Assembly: GCF_009914755.1 (NCBI RefSeq)
Contig: NC_060928.1
Source: the human T2T-CHM13v2.0 reference genome, Homo sapiens
Length of the DNA stretch: 64,000 nt
Direction: 5' to 3' (one strand)
The stretch's first letter is position 1, and every line of letters begins with the position of its first letter. Made by a program: the position numbers and the translations under genes. Shown here piece by piece: positions 48,101 to 61,600 of the stretch. The notes below the pieces were generated by a model. The model searched no databases. It was not told the origin of the DNA and saw only the letters and a program-made list of their open reading frames with translations.

Positions 48101-51100
48101 TTTTCAGCCCATTATGATGACTTTTTCCTGTGTAATTGTGATGGTAATATTAAATCGCATTGTTTCTTCTACACCAGCCATGGTACCAAATGTCACCAGA
48201 GAGAACTTAGTAATGGCCATAATTTCAAAGATAGAAACTCTGAAGTAAAAGCAAAATTCTTCATTTCATTTTACCTTCCAGTAGTTTTTCCTTAAAACTA
48301 TTCAATAGAGACATTAGTCTATCACCCAAAACTCCTTGACTCCACCTAAACTCTATTAATGACTACAGTGATCAGTGCATACTTTTCCTCACAATGAGGT
48401 GTTTAAATTGATTTTAGAATCAACTCTGATGCATGTCCAAGGAGTTCCTAAATATTCTCAATTACATCTCTTCCAGGTCTTATGAATACATCCCCCATTT
48501 CACTGAATTTTTTAAAAAACAACTCTATGCAAAGGAAAACTATATGTGTTATATGGTATATAAAAATGATTAAGTACTTTCAATGCCTTCAAGAGAGTTC
48601 ACAAAAAAGGTATTAAAGAAATGTGCATAAATTATTACAATAAAAGTGAAAATGAAATTATCTTAAGAAAGACACACAAAAAAGTAATATGGGAATTAAA
48701 GAGGCCATGTAACTTTCAGAAAAGTATAGAGAAGAGATATAAGACTGAAGAAATATACCTCTCTGGTCAGGCTCAGCAAGTGACATGGGGAACCCAGAGT
48801 TTAAGAGGCAGATTTTCAGCATATAAGATGTATATGTTTAACCTATTCCACCCATGGCCTTACTCCAATATTAGTCACAATACCTCTACTTTTCCCATAG
48901 GACTCTTGACATTTAAAGCAGAGTGTTTAGTCATGCTAAACAACTCTGATCTCAAATGGCCCTACTAACCTATTTATATTTTATGCATAGTTCTGCATGT
49001 AAACCTGTTCAGCAGCATTTATAAATAATTGCAAGCGCTTTCATCAGTTTTCCAGTATAGTTAATGTTGTATGTCTGCCTTTCTTTAGTATAGCTATAAA
49101 GTCAGCTTCTACTTCCTAAGATGTTTTAATCTGCATTAAGATTCAAATACCTTCCTCAAATTCAGTGTCTACCCAGGTAGCACTTTCTTTGAAAATTGTG
49201 GAGATCATTATGCCAACACACTTCTCATTTCTGGAGATGAATTCGTGGGTTAATACGCCATTTCAACATTTTCCAAAAAATACTTGCTCAAATAGATGTG
49301 AGAGAGGGAGAGAACAGGTGGTATCAATAATTTGCATGTTTTACAGACAACTGTAAGTTGGCATGCAAGGAAACTCTCATCTCTTTTATAGTGGAATTGT
49401 TTAACCCTGGCAGCCTGATCTGAGCACCATTCTACTGTGGCTCCCCAATCACAACAGCTCTTTAAGTAACTGTGCCAACATATGGGTCATTTACCACGAC
49501 AGGCACAACAAGTACACGTATAAATAGGTAAACAGAGTAAACCTGTGGTTTATAAATTGTTTACATATTACTTAAAGCAGGCTCTTTTATGTTTAGCATA
49601 CGTTTTTCCAAAACCTATTCGTGGAGCTTTAATCTTATGATTGAGATTAAAATTTAGAAGAGTAGTTATATGCTAAGACCTAAGCAAATAAAATATTCTC
49701 TTCTTTTTAGAGTTAAATTTAATCTGTTTCACCTAATAGTTTCATCATGTATTGTTTGATGGAATAACCAGTGATAAATGTTAGGACTACTGTACTTTTT
49801 AATGGATAATAAATTTTAATTGAAAAATTATGATAATGAAGCTCAGGATTCATGATACTGGATTAATTCAGAGCTCGTGTTGCAAACACAAAGGAAATTT
49901 TTAAATACTCAGTTCAAGAGTTTTCTTGCTTTAATTCTATTAAACAGTGTTGATTACTTGAGACTATAATTAAAAGCGCTGCTTTGATTTTTCTTCATGG
50001 AAAATTCAAATGGCAGAATAGAAGCGTCATTACCAAACATTTGTTCCCAAAATGATGACTCTCTTAGTTCTTCCCTTAGTCATCCAGAGACGTATCAAAT
50101 TGGACAGCTTATAATAAAGAATTCACTTTATGCGACCTAATTTTAAAACTTCTGTCTTCTGCACCAGACATGAAGTAAAATTTTATTGCGATAATAAATT
50201 TTTTAAAATTAAAGACTCTTCTTAAAATTGTAATTGTGCTATTAGTAAGCTTTCCACATAAGTACACCTGAAAAATTAAATTTCCATCTTGAGGAGATGA
50301 AGACTTGAGAACGAATATAACTAAACACTATTAACCTAACGAAAGTCACACTGGGCAATAGTTTCAGAATTTGAGAACAGCTTTAATTTTATTCTCCAGA
50401 GCCACACATATTATTGTTAAAATGTTAAACCTGAACCAAATATGAGGGAAAAAATTAAACAATAATTTTAAATTAATCCAATAAATTGTTGCAAATCAGA
50501 GATTAAAATAATTCTTTAAAAAGTAGAATATTAGAAAATGAATTTAATTCATTCACATCTGACTGAATAAAAGGGGATTAGACATATCAAATAATCTAAT
50601 CAAACATTTTCCCAGCTATACATTCACTATTCTCCCTTGAGCCATTTCTCTCTATTTGACAACCATTGTCTCAGTGTAGTCATTTAATATTTAATCCACT
50701 TTATGGAACATCTGCCAAATTATAACCTCTTCCTCATTCACCCCCCCCAATGTTTTCAGTCAATTATTTAATATTTCTAAACATTTTTCCCATAGAAAAA
50801 TGAGATCTCTATCTCTGTTCCTTCTGTCCTTTGTCCTAGTCCCTTCATCTGGGGCCACAGAGATTATGAATTATCCTACATCTAAGGCATTAACATTGAG
50901 CTTGAAAGCAATTACCTGTTCTCCAAGCCTTCTTAACTAAATCTCTACTTTGTATCCTTTTTCAAAAAGTGATTAGACAAATTTTTAATTAATGGTTCAA
51001 GAGAAGCTTGAATTTTCATTTTTTGGGTGAGGTGGTTCACCTATTGATATTAAGGAGAAGAAAATACAAGGAAGCCTTCAGTGACAATGTTGGTATCTAA

Positions 51101-51649
51101 ATACTAACCTGAATGAATCATTAGTCTGACTCAGTATGGTCTTTCTGATGGTTATAAACAAATCTACTATATGAAAATAAAAATGTTCCTTAGAATTCAG
51201 TCTAAAGGAACTGTCGGTTATACTTAATGATTAATAATAGTCACTGAGAAAGTTATGCCAGTCATATTGTTTGGCATAAAGAAGCAATTATGTATGATGC
51301 CTCATTTTTTTACAGTATTCTAATTTTTAAACCTAGAGATTAAAAATTTTGTTTTAAGAGGTTATACATATCTTAGGAAAATAAACTTTCCATAATATAT
51401 TTTTACAAAACACGGTATTAGCTCAAGTCTTTATTAGGATAAAAGCTAAAAAAGAATAATTCAACTATTTGTTATATTTCCCCTGGGGGTTCAGTTCTAT
51501 AAAGCATTTCTAATTTTATAAATATCAGTGTAATTTAATGTCCATCTTTCATAATACCTTCAGTGTTCTTTTTCAAACTATGAACTGGAAACTATTACTT
51601 CTCTGAGAATAAGAAGTAGAAGAAAAGAGGTGTGATGGGTTTTTATTCC

Positions 51650-52060
51650 TATTATTTAAAGCACAAAATATCCAGCTTGCACTACGGCATGTAAAGCATT
51701 TTACAATCAACTTCCAAAATACTTTTCCAGTTTCACCTCCATGTTTTCATCCTATTCACTCTTGCACAGGCCACTGTCTCTATAAAATATGCATCTTCCT
51801 TTTCTGTTTGCGTAACTCATGCACATGCTTGTGAGATCCAATTCAAACTTCCCCACTTTTCCCTAAGCATAAACAGTCCCTCTCTTCTCTGTTCCCAGAG
51901 ATTCTAGCATTTGCATCCATAATGAATTAATAATACAGTTCTATTACAGTAGACTGAGATCCCCTCAAGAGTAGGGAATGTGTGCCATTTATCTTTGTTC
52001 TTCAGTGTCCTTCAGGGTGCCTGATACTATGGAGGAACTGGACTTGGAGGTTTTTAATCT
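51650..52060 (+). mobile_element. L2 3' region relic
   Basis: agtagactgagatcccctcaagagtagggaatgtgtgccatttatctttg...gtgcctgatac matches the L2 3' end. Confidence 0.6.
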
Positions 52061-52189
52061 CAGCATCTAATCTTACCTTTGTCTTTACAACTAACTCCTT
52101 AATTTTGATCAAGTCCTTTCGGCTCTTTTGGGTTGGGAGTATCATGGTCATAGGCATGTGTCCCTTCAGGCAAGAAGACAATAAAATAT

Positions 52190-52380
52190 GATGAAAGAAC
52201 ATAGAATTTAGAGTAACAGAGTCATGTAATGAGGATATCAATTTATTGTTAGATAAACTCTTTTATCCCAGTTATTTATGGAGCAAATACAAAAGGGATT
52301 AATAATAACTACGTCGTGGTTTTGTGGTAAGGATTGAATGAGATATAGCATGTTAAAAGACATCTTGCATAAATTTGACT
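52190..52380 (+). mobile_element. MIR fragment
   Basis: gggattaataataactac...ggttttgtggtaaggattgaatgagata. Confidence 0.55.
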
Positions 52381-53327
52381 AGATATCTTCTAAAATACAT
52401 TAGGAGCTCTAATAATCTATGGATTAAAGAAAAATCTTTTAGAAAGCTTTTCTAAGTACAAAAATAGCTGAATTTTTATCCTAGTTACTTTTTTATCCAG
52501 AGAAAAAGTGGTTAAATTGAAGTTTGTCAAAGCAAAGCAGTAAAAATTCTGAACAACTGAAAAGGATGGGATCTTGAATTGAAAGTATTAATTGGAATTG
52601 TATAAAATTTGGTTCTAATGGGGATGTTATTAACAGCCTTCAGAATTTTAAAATTTAAGTAGAAAAAAAGAAGAAGAATTTATTCAAAGTTTTACATCTG
52701 AATAAGAACTATAGGACAAAAGGAAAATTTTTAAAAAATACTATGGTATGAGAATTGAAGTTTCTGACTAGAAATGGAATGTCAAGGAAGAAAATACTGT
52801 TTATCAGAGATCTGCGTAATTTTTTAAAAAATGTTAGGGAAGGTGAGACCTAGACTTTAAAATTCTCGTAGATTTAATTTTAAAGCAATTAATTACAAAT
52901 TCATTTATTTAGATTAAATAACACAGATTGCTAATGTATTGCTTAAAATATGTCAATTAACACTGAAAAACAGTGACTTTTTCTCATGATAACAGTTTTG
53001 TAGTTTTCACTTTTAAAAAAATCAATTCCCTTTACAAGTGATTATTTTTGTTTCTATTTAAAAATATATTTAAACTGTATTTCAGAAGTGCATTTATGAA
53101 GTGCTTTTCTAAAATCAATAATGTAATTATGGTGATTGTACTTATCTTATTCTCTGTTGAAATTTATTTCAAAGGTCTAAGCTTTTTTTCCTGGTATTCT
53201 TATAAAAAAATTCTGAACATTTATGTCCCAAATTTTTGGTTAGAAGAACAATTGTGTGTGTGTATGTATTAGCATATTTGTATAAACATCCTCTTCACAA
53301 TGCACACAAACACATATCTACTTTTGA

Positions 53328-53628
53328 TTTTTTCTTTTTTTTTTTTTTTTGAGACAGACTCTCACTCTGTTGCCCAGGCTGGAGTGCAGTCGCTCAATCT
53401 CAGCTCACTGCAGCTTCCGCCTCCTGGGTTCAAGCAATTCTCCTGCTTCAGCCTCCCGAGGAGGCAGGATTACAGGTGCAGGCCACCGCACTTGGCTAAT
53501 TTTTGTATTTATAGTAGTGACAGAGTTTCACTGTGTTGGCCAGGGTGGTCTCGAACTCCTGACCTCAGGTGATCCACCTTGGCCTCCCAAAGTGCTGGAA
53601 TTACAGGAGTGAGCCACCACACCCAGCC
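53328..53628 (-). mobile_element. AluS (Sx/Sq-like)
   Basis: Poly(T) then antisense dimer (ctcctgacctcaggtgatcc) ending cacacccagcc. Confidence 0.94.
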
Positions 53629-56593
53629 TTCATTTCATTCCCAAGTATATTATGGTATTGTACAATCTGGTCTCTGAAAGACATTGATAAATTAACTCAT
53701 TTCGGCTCCACCAATCTACTGAAAGTGTATAATAGCGAGATATCGGCCAAGAGTAAGCATATATTCAAAACTAAATTAAGTATCCTTTTCATCTTTTCAG
53801 GAGTCCCATCAAATTTTAGTCACAAAATTAAAGGGGAAAAGGAAAAAGGAAGGAGCAGAATGATGCAGTAGAAGAGTCCACTGATCACTGTCCCCCCACC
53901 GACAAGGACACCAATTTAACAACTATCTACACAGAAGAAAGACAGAAAGAAAGAAAAAAAAAAAAACACCTTCATGAGAACCAGAACCAAAAATCAGATG
54001 AGCACTCATAGTAGCTGGTTCTAACTTCACAATGTTGAAAGAAGCACTGAAGAGAGAGAAAAAACACTGAAATGCCTATGCCACCCTGCCCCCACCCCCA
54101 CCCTTCTGCAGTGGCAGCATGGGACAGAGAGCATCTCTGGGCCCTGGAGAAGAGAGAACACAGTAATTGTGAGGCAATGAACTCAGTGCTGTCCTGGTAG
54201 ATCAGAAAGGAAATCTGGACCAAACTCAGCTAATGCCCATCCACAGAGGGAGGATTTAAATCAGCCCTAACCAGAGGGAAATTACTTATCCCAGCTACCT
54301 GAACTTGAGTTCCTGAAAACCTCCCCTCCAAAGGCTACAGTGCTCTGTGTCTCCAAGTAAACTTGAAAGGCAGTCTAAGCCATAAGAACTGCAACCCTTA
54401 GGTGAGTCCTAGTGCTGAACTAGGCCCAGAGACAGTGGACTAGGGGACACGTCACATACTGAGATATAAGCTGGGGCCACCAAGGGAATGCTGGCATTAT
54501 CCCTTCCCTAACCCCAGGCTGCACAGCTTGTGGCTCTAAAAGAGACCCCTTTCTTCCTCTAGAGAAGAGGACAGGGAAGAACTTTGTCTTGCATATTGGA
54601 TACCAGCTCAACCACAGCAGGATAGGACACCAGTCGGGGTCATGAGGAAGCAGTTCCAGGCCCTAGCTCCCAGGTGCCATTTCTAGACACATGTGCTGCC
54701 TTAAAGGAAAGGAGTCAGTCTTGACAGCATTCAACAGCTGCTAACTGAAGAACCCTTGGACCCCGAACAACGAGCCTGGATACCCAGATACTATGTCAAG
54801 TGTCTTGGGTAAGCCTCTGAGACTTGCTGGCTTTAGGTACAGCATGGTCACAGGAGTGTAGAGCACAAAAGTAGCCTGATGGTATTCCTGATTCCAGGAC
54901 CTGACCCTTGGATGGCATTTCTGAAACCTGCCCTGAAGCAGAGGGGAACCCAGTACCCTGAAAGGTGAGTCCCAGACCAAGCAACATTCACCAAAAGCTG
55001 AATGAAGAGCCTTTGGGATTTAAGGGAACATTGGCAGCAGTCTGGCAGTACGCCCCATGGTGAGGGGTGGCAATAGCTATGGGGTAAGGCTCTTCTGCCT
55101 TTGTAAAGGGAAGGGAACAGTAGAAAGGACTGTGTCTTGTCATTTGAGTGCCAGCTCAGAACAGTAAAAAAGAACACCAGATAAACTCCTAAGGTTGTTT
55201 GACTGTAATCCCTGACTCCTGGATGGCACATCTGGACCCACCTGGGGCCTGGGAAACATTGCTGCCCTGAAGGGAAGGACACAGGCCTGGCTAGTTTTTC
55301 CATCTGATGATTGTTGTCCCAGGGCATTAAGCAAACATAGGCAGTAGCTAGTGAGTGGTTACAAGAGGTCTTGGGTGAGACCCAGTGCTGTGCTGGCTTC
55401 AGGTCGGACCCAGCACAGTCCCAGTGGTGGTGGCCACAGGGATGCTTGTGTCACTTCAACCCCAGCTTTAGGTGGCTCAAAACAGAGAGAAAGACTGTGG
55501 TTGTTTGGGAGAATCTAAGGGAAGATTACAAAAGTCTCTGCCTGGTAATCCAGATAATTCTCCCCGATCTTATCCGAGATCATCAAGGTGGTACCTCTAA
55601 TAGTCTGCAAGAACCACAGCATTACTGGGGCTTGGGGTGCCCTCTAAAACAGATATAGCTTAGATCACAATATCCAAATCCTTTAAAATATCTGGAAAGC
55701 CTTCTCAAAAAGAATGGCTACAAATAACCCAGACAGTGAAGACTACAATAAATATCTAAATATTTAATGACCAGACTTTAAAGAACATCGACTAGTATCA
55801 ACACCATTCAGGAAAAAATGACCTCACCAAATAAACTAAATAATTCACCAGAGACCAATTGTGGAGAAGCAGGAATGTGTGAAATTTCAGAAAGATAATT
55901 CAAAATTCTTCAAACTGTATTGAGGAAGCTCAGAGAAATTTAAGATAACAAAGAGAATTCAGAATTCTATTAGATACATTTAACAAAGAAATTGAAATAA
56001 TTAAAAGGAATCAAGTAGAAATTCTGGAGCTGAAATATACACTTGGCCTACTGAGGAATGCATCAGGGTCCTTTAATAGTAAAATTGATTAATCAGGAGA
56101 ATTTGTGAGTTTGAAGATAGGCTGTTTGAAAACACATAGTCAGAGGAGACAAAAGAAAAAGAATAAAAAACAATGAAACATGCCTATAGATTCTATAAAA
56201 GAGCCTTAAAAGGGAAAATCTAAGAGTTATTGGTGTTAAAGAGGAGGTAGACAAAAAGATGGGGATATTAACTTTATTCAAAGGGATAATAATACAGAAC
56301 TTCACAAACCTAAAGAAAGAAATCAGTATCCAAGTACTAGAATGTTATAGAACACTAAGCAGATTTAAAGCAAAGAAGAGTACCCCAAAGCATTTAATAA
56401 CCAAACTCGCAAAGATCTAGGATTTAAAAAAAAGAATTCTAAAAGCAGCAAAAAAATAAATAACATACAAGGGAGTTCCAATATATCTGACAGCAGACTT
56501 TTCAGTGAAAGCTTAACAGGTTAGAAGAGAGTGGTAGGACATATTTAAAGTGCTGCAGGAGAAAACATTTACCCTGGATTAGTATATCTGGCT

Positions 56594-56809
56594 AACATAT
56601 CCTTCAAACATGGAGAAAGAAATACTTTCCCAGACAAACAAAAGCTGAACATATCCTTCAAACATGGAGAAAGAAATACTTTCCCAGACAAACAAAAGCT
56701 GAACATATCCTTCAAACATGGAGAAAGAAATACTTTCCCAGACAAACAAAAGCTGAATATATCCTTCAAACATGGAGAAAGAAATACTTTCCCAGACAAA
56801 CAAAAGTTG
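56594..56809. repeat. 54-bp tandem repeat, 4 copies, within L1 ORF1
   Basis: Unit aacatatccttcaaacatggagaaagaaatactttcccagacaaacaaaagctg starts at 56594, 56648, 56702 and 56756. Confidence 0.97.
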
Positions 56810-58237
56810 AGGGATTTCATCAACACCAGACCTGTCTTTCCTATAAGAAATACTAAAGGGAATACCTCAATTAGAAAGAAAAGAACATTAATGAGCAATA
56901 AGTAATCACCTGAGGGCACAAAAACCCACTGGTAATAGTAAGTACACAGAAAAACACAAAGTATAATAACACTGTTACTGTGATATATAAACTATTCTTA
57001 TCCTAAGTAGAAAGAATAAATAATGAGCCCATCAAAACTAATAACTACAACTAATTTTCAAAACATAGTCCAAAAAGATACAACAGAAACTAAAAAATGT
57101 TACAAAGCAGGGAGGTAAAATTAAGGCATAAATTAAACTTCAAAACTTAAAACTAAGTTTTTATTAGTTTTCTCTTTGCTTATTTGTGTGTTTGTTTATG
57201 TAAACAGTGTTAAGTTGTTATTAAGTTAAAATAATGGGTTATAAAATAGTACTTGCAAACCTCGTGGTAACATTAAACAAAAGAAATACAATGATCACAC
57301 AAAACATGTATTTCCTGTACCCGTTACCTCATGGTAACATTAAACAAAAGAAATACAATGATTACAGGAAACATAAATGTCAAGAAACGAAATCATATCA
57401 TGAGAGAAAATCACCTTCACTAAAGGAAGGCAGGAAAGAAAGAAATAAGAAAGAGAAGACCACAAAACAACCAGAAAACAAATAACAAAGTGACACAAAT
57501 AAGTGCTTATTTATCAGTACTATCATTGAATGTAAATGGACTGAACCCTACAATCAAAAGACACAGAGTGGCTGAATGTATGAAAAAAACACACCCAATG
57601 ATCTGTGGCCTATAAGAAACACACTTATCCTATAGAGACACGCACAGACTGAAAATAAAGGGGTAGAAAAAGATATTCTAAGTAAATGGGAAGCAAAAAA
57701 AAAAAAATACCCCAGGGGTAGCCATACTTATATCATACAAAATAGATTTCAAGACAAAAACTATAGTAGATAAAGAAGGCCAGTATACAATGATAAAGGG
57801 ATCAATTCAGCAAGAGGATATAGCAATTTCAAATTTATATGCAACCAACACCGGAGCACTCAGAAATATAAAGCAAATATTTTTAGAGCTGAAGAGAGAG
57901 ATAGGCCCCAGTGCAATAATATCTGGGGACTTCAACATCGCATTTGCAACACTGGGCAGGACTTTCAGACAGAAAATCAACAAACATTGGACTTAATCGG
58001 TACAATAGACCAAACCAAAGGGAATCCAAATTCCCTTAGATATTTTCAAAACATTTCGTCCAAGGACTGCAGAATACACATTTTTTCTTCAGTACATGGA
58101 TCATTTTCAAGGATAGACCATAAATTAAGTCATAAAACAACTGTTAAAACGTTCAAAAAATTGAAATAACACAAAGCATCTTCTCTGACCACAATGGAAT
58201 AAAAATAGAAATTAATAATGAGAGAAATATGGGAAAC

Positions 58238-58618
58238 TGTATTAGTCCATTCTCACACTGCTATAAATACCTGAGCCTGGGTAATTCATAAAAAAAAGAG
58301 GTTTAATTGTCCCATGGTTTCACAGGCTGTCCAGGAAGCATGGCTGGGGAGACCTCAGAAAACTTGCAATAATGGCAAGAGGTGAAGGGGAAGCAGCATG
58401 TCTTATGTTGCTGGAGCAGGAGGAAGAGGAGAGAGGCAGGAAGTGCTACACACTTTTAAACAATCAGATCTCATGTTAGCTCACTCACTATCACAAGAAC
58501 AGCAACAAAAAGAACATCCACCCTCGCGATCCAATCACTTCCTGTCAGGCCCCACCCCCAATATTGAAAATTACAATTAGATTGAGATTTGGGTGGAGAC
58601 ACAGACCCAAACCATGTA
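58238..58618 (-). mobile_element. MSTA-like solo LTR inserted in L1 ORF2
   Basis: tgtattagtccattctcacactgctata...tgagatttgggtggagacacagacccaaaccat; 5-bp TSD GAAAC at 58233-58237 and 58619-58623. Confidence 0.93.
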
Positions 58619-61600
58619 GAAACGATACAAATACATGAAAATTAAACAATATTCTCCTGAATAACCAGCGGGTCAATGAAGAAATTAAGAAGAAAATTGA
58701 AAAATTTATTGAAACAGATAATTGAAACACAACATACCAAAACCTAAGGGATACAGAAAAGTAGTACTCAGAGGGAAGTTTATCCCTGTAAGTGTGATAC
58801 ATTAAAAAAGAAGAAAAACTTTAAGCACTCTAACAGTGCTTCTTAAAGAACTAGAAAAGCGGGAACAAACCAAATCCAAAATTAGTAGAAGGAATGATAA
58901 AGATCAGAGCAAAAATAAATAAAATTGAAATGAAAAAACAATATGAGAGATAAATAAAACAAAAAGTTGGGTTTTTTAAAGTGAAACAAAATTGACAAAT
59001 CTTAGGCAGACTAGGAAAAAAGGAAAGAAGATACAAATAATTGCAATCAGAAATGAAAAAGGAGACATCACAACAGATACTCCAAAATTTGAATGATTAT
59101 TAGTGGTTTCTATGAGCAACTATATGCCAGTGAATTGAAAAATCTAGAAGACACGGACAAATTTCTAGACACTTAACAACCTACTGAGATTGAACCAGGA
59201 AGAAATACAAAACCTGAACAGACCAATAACAAGAAATGAGATTGAAGCTGTAATAAGTCTCTCACTAAACAAAAGCTCAGGATCCAATAGCTTCACTGCT
59301 GAATTCTACCAAACATTTAAAGAGAAACTAACATGTATACTACTAAACTATTCTGAACAATAGAGAAGGGAATACTTCCAAACTCATTCAACAGGCCACT
59401 GTTATCCTGATACCAAAACCAGATGGACACATCAAAAAAGAAAACTACAGGCAAATATCTCCGATGAATATTGATGCAAAAATCCTCAACAAAATACGAG
59501 CAAATTAAATTTTAAAATATATTAGAAAAATCATTCATCAGGACCTAATGGGAATTATCTCTGGGATGCATGGATGATTCAACAGGCTCAAATGAGTCAA
59601 TGTGATACATCATATCAACAGAATAAAGGATGAAAACCATATGATCATTTAAACTGAAGCTGAAAAAGCATTTGCTAAAATTCAACATCTCTTCATAATG
59701 AAAATGCTCAAAAAACTGGGGATAGAAGGAACATACTTCAATATAATAGAAGCTATATATGACAGACCCAGAGCTAGTATACTAAATCAGGATAAACCAA
59801 AAGCCTTTCCTCTAAGATCTGGAACATTAATAGGATGCCCACTGTCACGATTATTATTCAACATATTACTGGAAATTCTAGCTACAGCAATCAGACAAGC
59901 GAAAGATATAAATGGTATCCAGGTTGGAAAGAAGTCAAATCCTTGTTTGCAGATTATATGATCTTATATTTGGAGAAATCTGAAGACTCCACAAGAAAGC
60001 TATTAGAACTGACAAACAAATTCAGTAAAGTTGCAAGATACAAAGTCAACATACAAAAATAACTAGAATTTCTATATGCCAACAGTGAACAGTGAGACAA
60101 AGAAATAAAAAAAATCCCATTTACAATAGCTACACATAAAATTAAATACCAAGGCATTAACTTAGCGAAAGAAGTAAAATATCTCCCTGATGGAAATTAC
60201 AAAACACTGATGAAAAAAATTGAAGAGGCCACCAAAAAATGGAAAAATATTTCATGTTCCTTAGTTGGAAGAATCAATATTGTTAAAATATCCATTCTAC
60301 CTAAAGCAATCTACAAATTTAATTCAATCTCTATCAAAATACCAAGGGCACTCTTCATGGAAATAGAAAAAAAAGGTCTTAAAATTTATATGGAATCACA
60401 AAAGACCCAGAATCGTCAAAGATGTCCAAAGCAAAAAGAACAAAGCTAGAGGAATCACGTTACCTGCCTTCAACTTGTTCTACAGAGCCATAGTAATCAA
60501 AACATGGTGCTGGCATAAAAACAGACACATAGACCAATGGGACAGAATAGAGAACTCAGAAACAAATCCACGTAACTACAGTGAACTCATTTTTGACACG
60601 AACACACATTGAGGAAAAGACAGTTTGTTCAATAAATGGTGCTATAAATACTGGACATCCATATGCAGAAGAATGAAACTATACCCCTATCTCTCGCCTT
60701 ATGCAAAAATCAAATCAAAATGAATGAAACACTTAAATCTAAGATCTCAAACTATGAAACTACTACAAGAAAACATTGAGAAAAATCTCTGGGACATTGG
60801 TCTGGGCAAAAATTTCTTGAGCAGTACTCCACAAACACAGGGAACCAAAGCAAAAATGGACAGTTTGGATTAAGTTAAATTAAAAATCTTCTGCACAGCA
60901 TAGGATACAGTTAACAAAGTGAAGAGACAACCCACAGAACAGGAAAAAATATTTGCAAACTACCCATCTGACAAGGGATTAATAACCAGAATATATAAGA
61001 AGCTTAAATAACTCTATAGGAAATTAATAATCTAATCAAAAACTGGACAAAAGATTTGAATAGGCATTTCTCAAAAGAAGACATACAAATGACATACAAG
61101 CATATTATAAAAAGATGCTCAGTCTCATTGATCATCGAAAAAATGCAAATCAAAACTCCAGTGAGATATCATTGTAATTTTGAGTATAAGCCAAAGTAGC
61201 TTATATTCGAAAGACAGGTAATAAAAATGCTGGCGAGGATGTGCAGAAAATGGAACCCTCATACACTGTTGGTGGGAATGAAAATTAGTACAGTCACTAT
61301 GGGGAACAGTTTGGAGGTTCCTCAAAAACTTAAAAATAGGGCTGCTTTATGACCTGGCAATCCCACTTCTAGTTATATACCCAAAGGAAAGAAAATCAGT
61401 ACCTCAAAGAGATGTCTGCACTGCCATTGTTCTGAGAGCACTAGTCACAATTGCTGAAATCTGGAAGTAAAATAATTGCACATCAAAAGACGAATTGCTA
61501 AAGAAAATGTGGTACATATATAAATACACAATGGGGTACTATTCAGCCATAAAAAAGAATGAGATCTAGTCATTTGCAACAACGTGGATGAAACTGGAGA

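Noticed and set aside
53972-55658. GC-richer segment with several ORFs, superficially promoter- or exon-like
   Set aside because: It is the 5'UTR of the L1MA2-like element; CpG-depleted, not a CpG island
56569-56919. ORFs with an 18-aa repeat (FCLSGKVFLSPCLKDMFS)
   Set aside because: Antisense translation of the 54-bp tandem repeat; not CRISPR either, since the units are contiguous with no spacers and there are no cas genes
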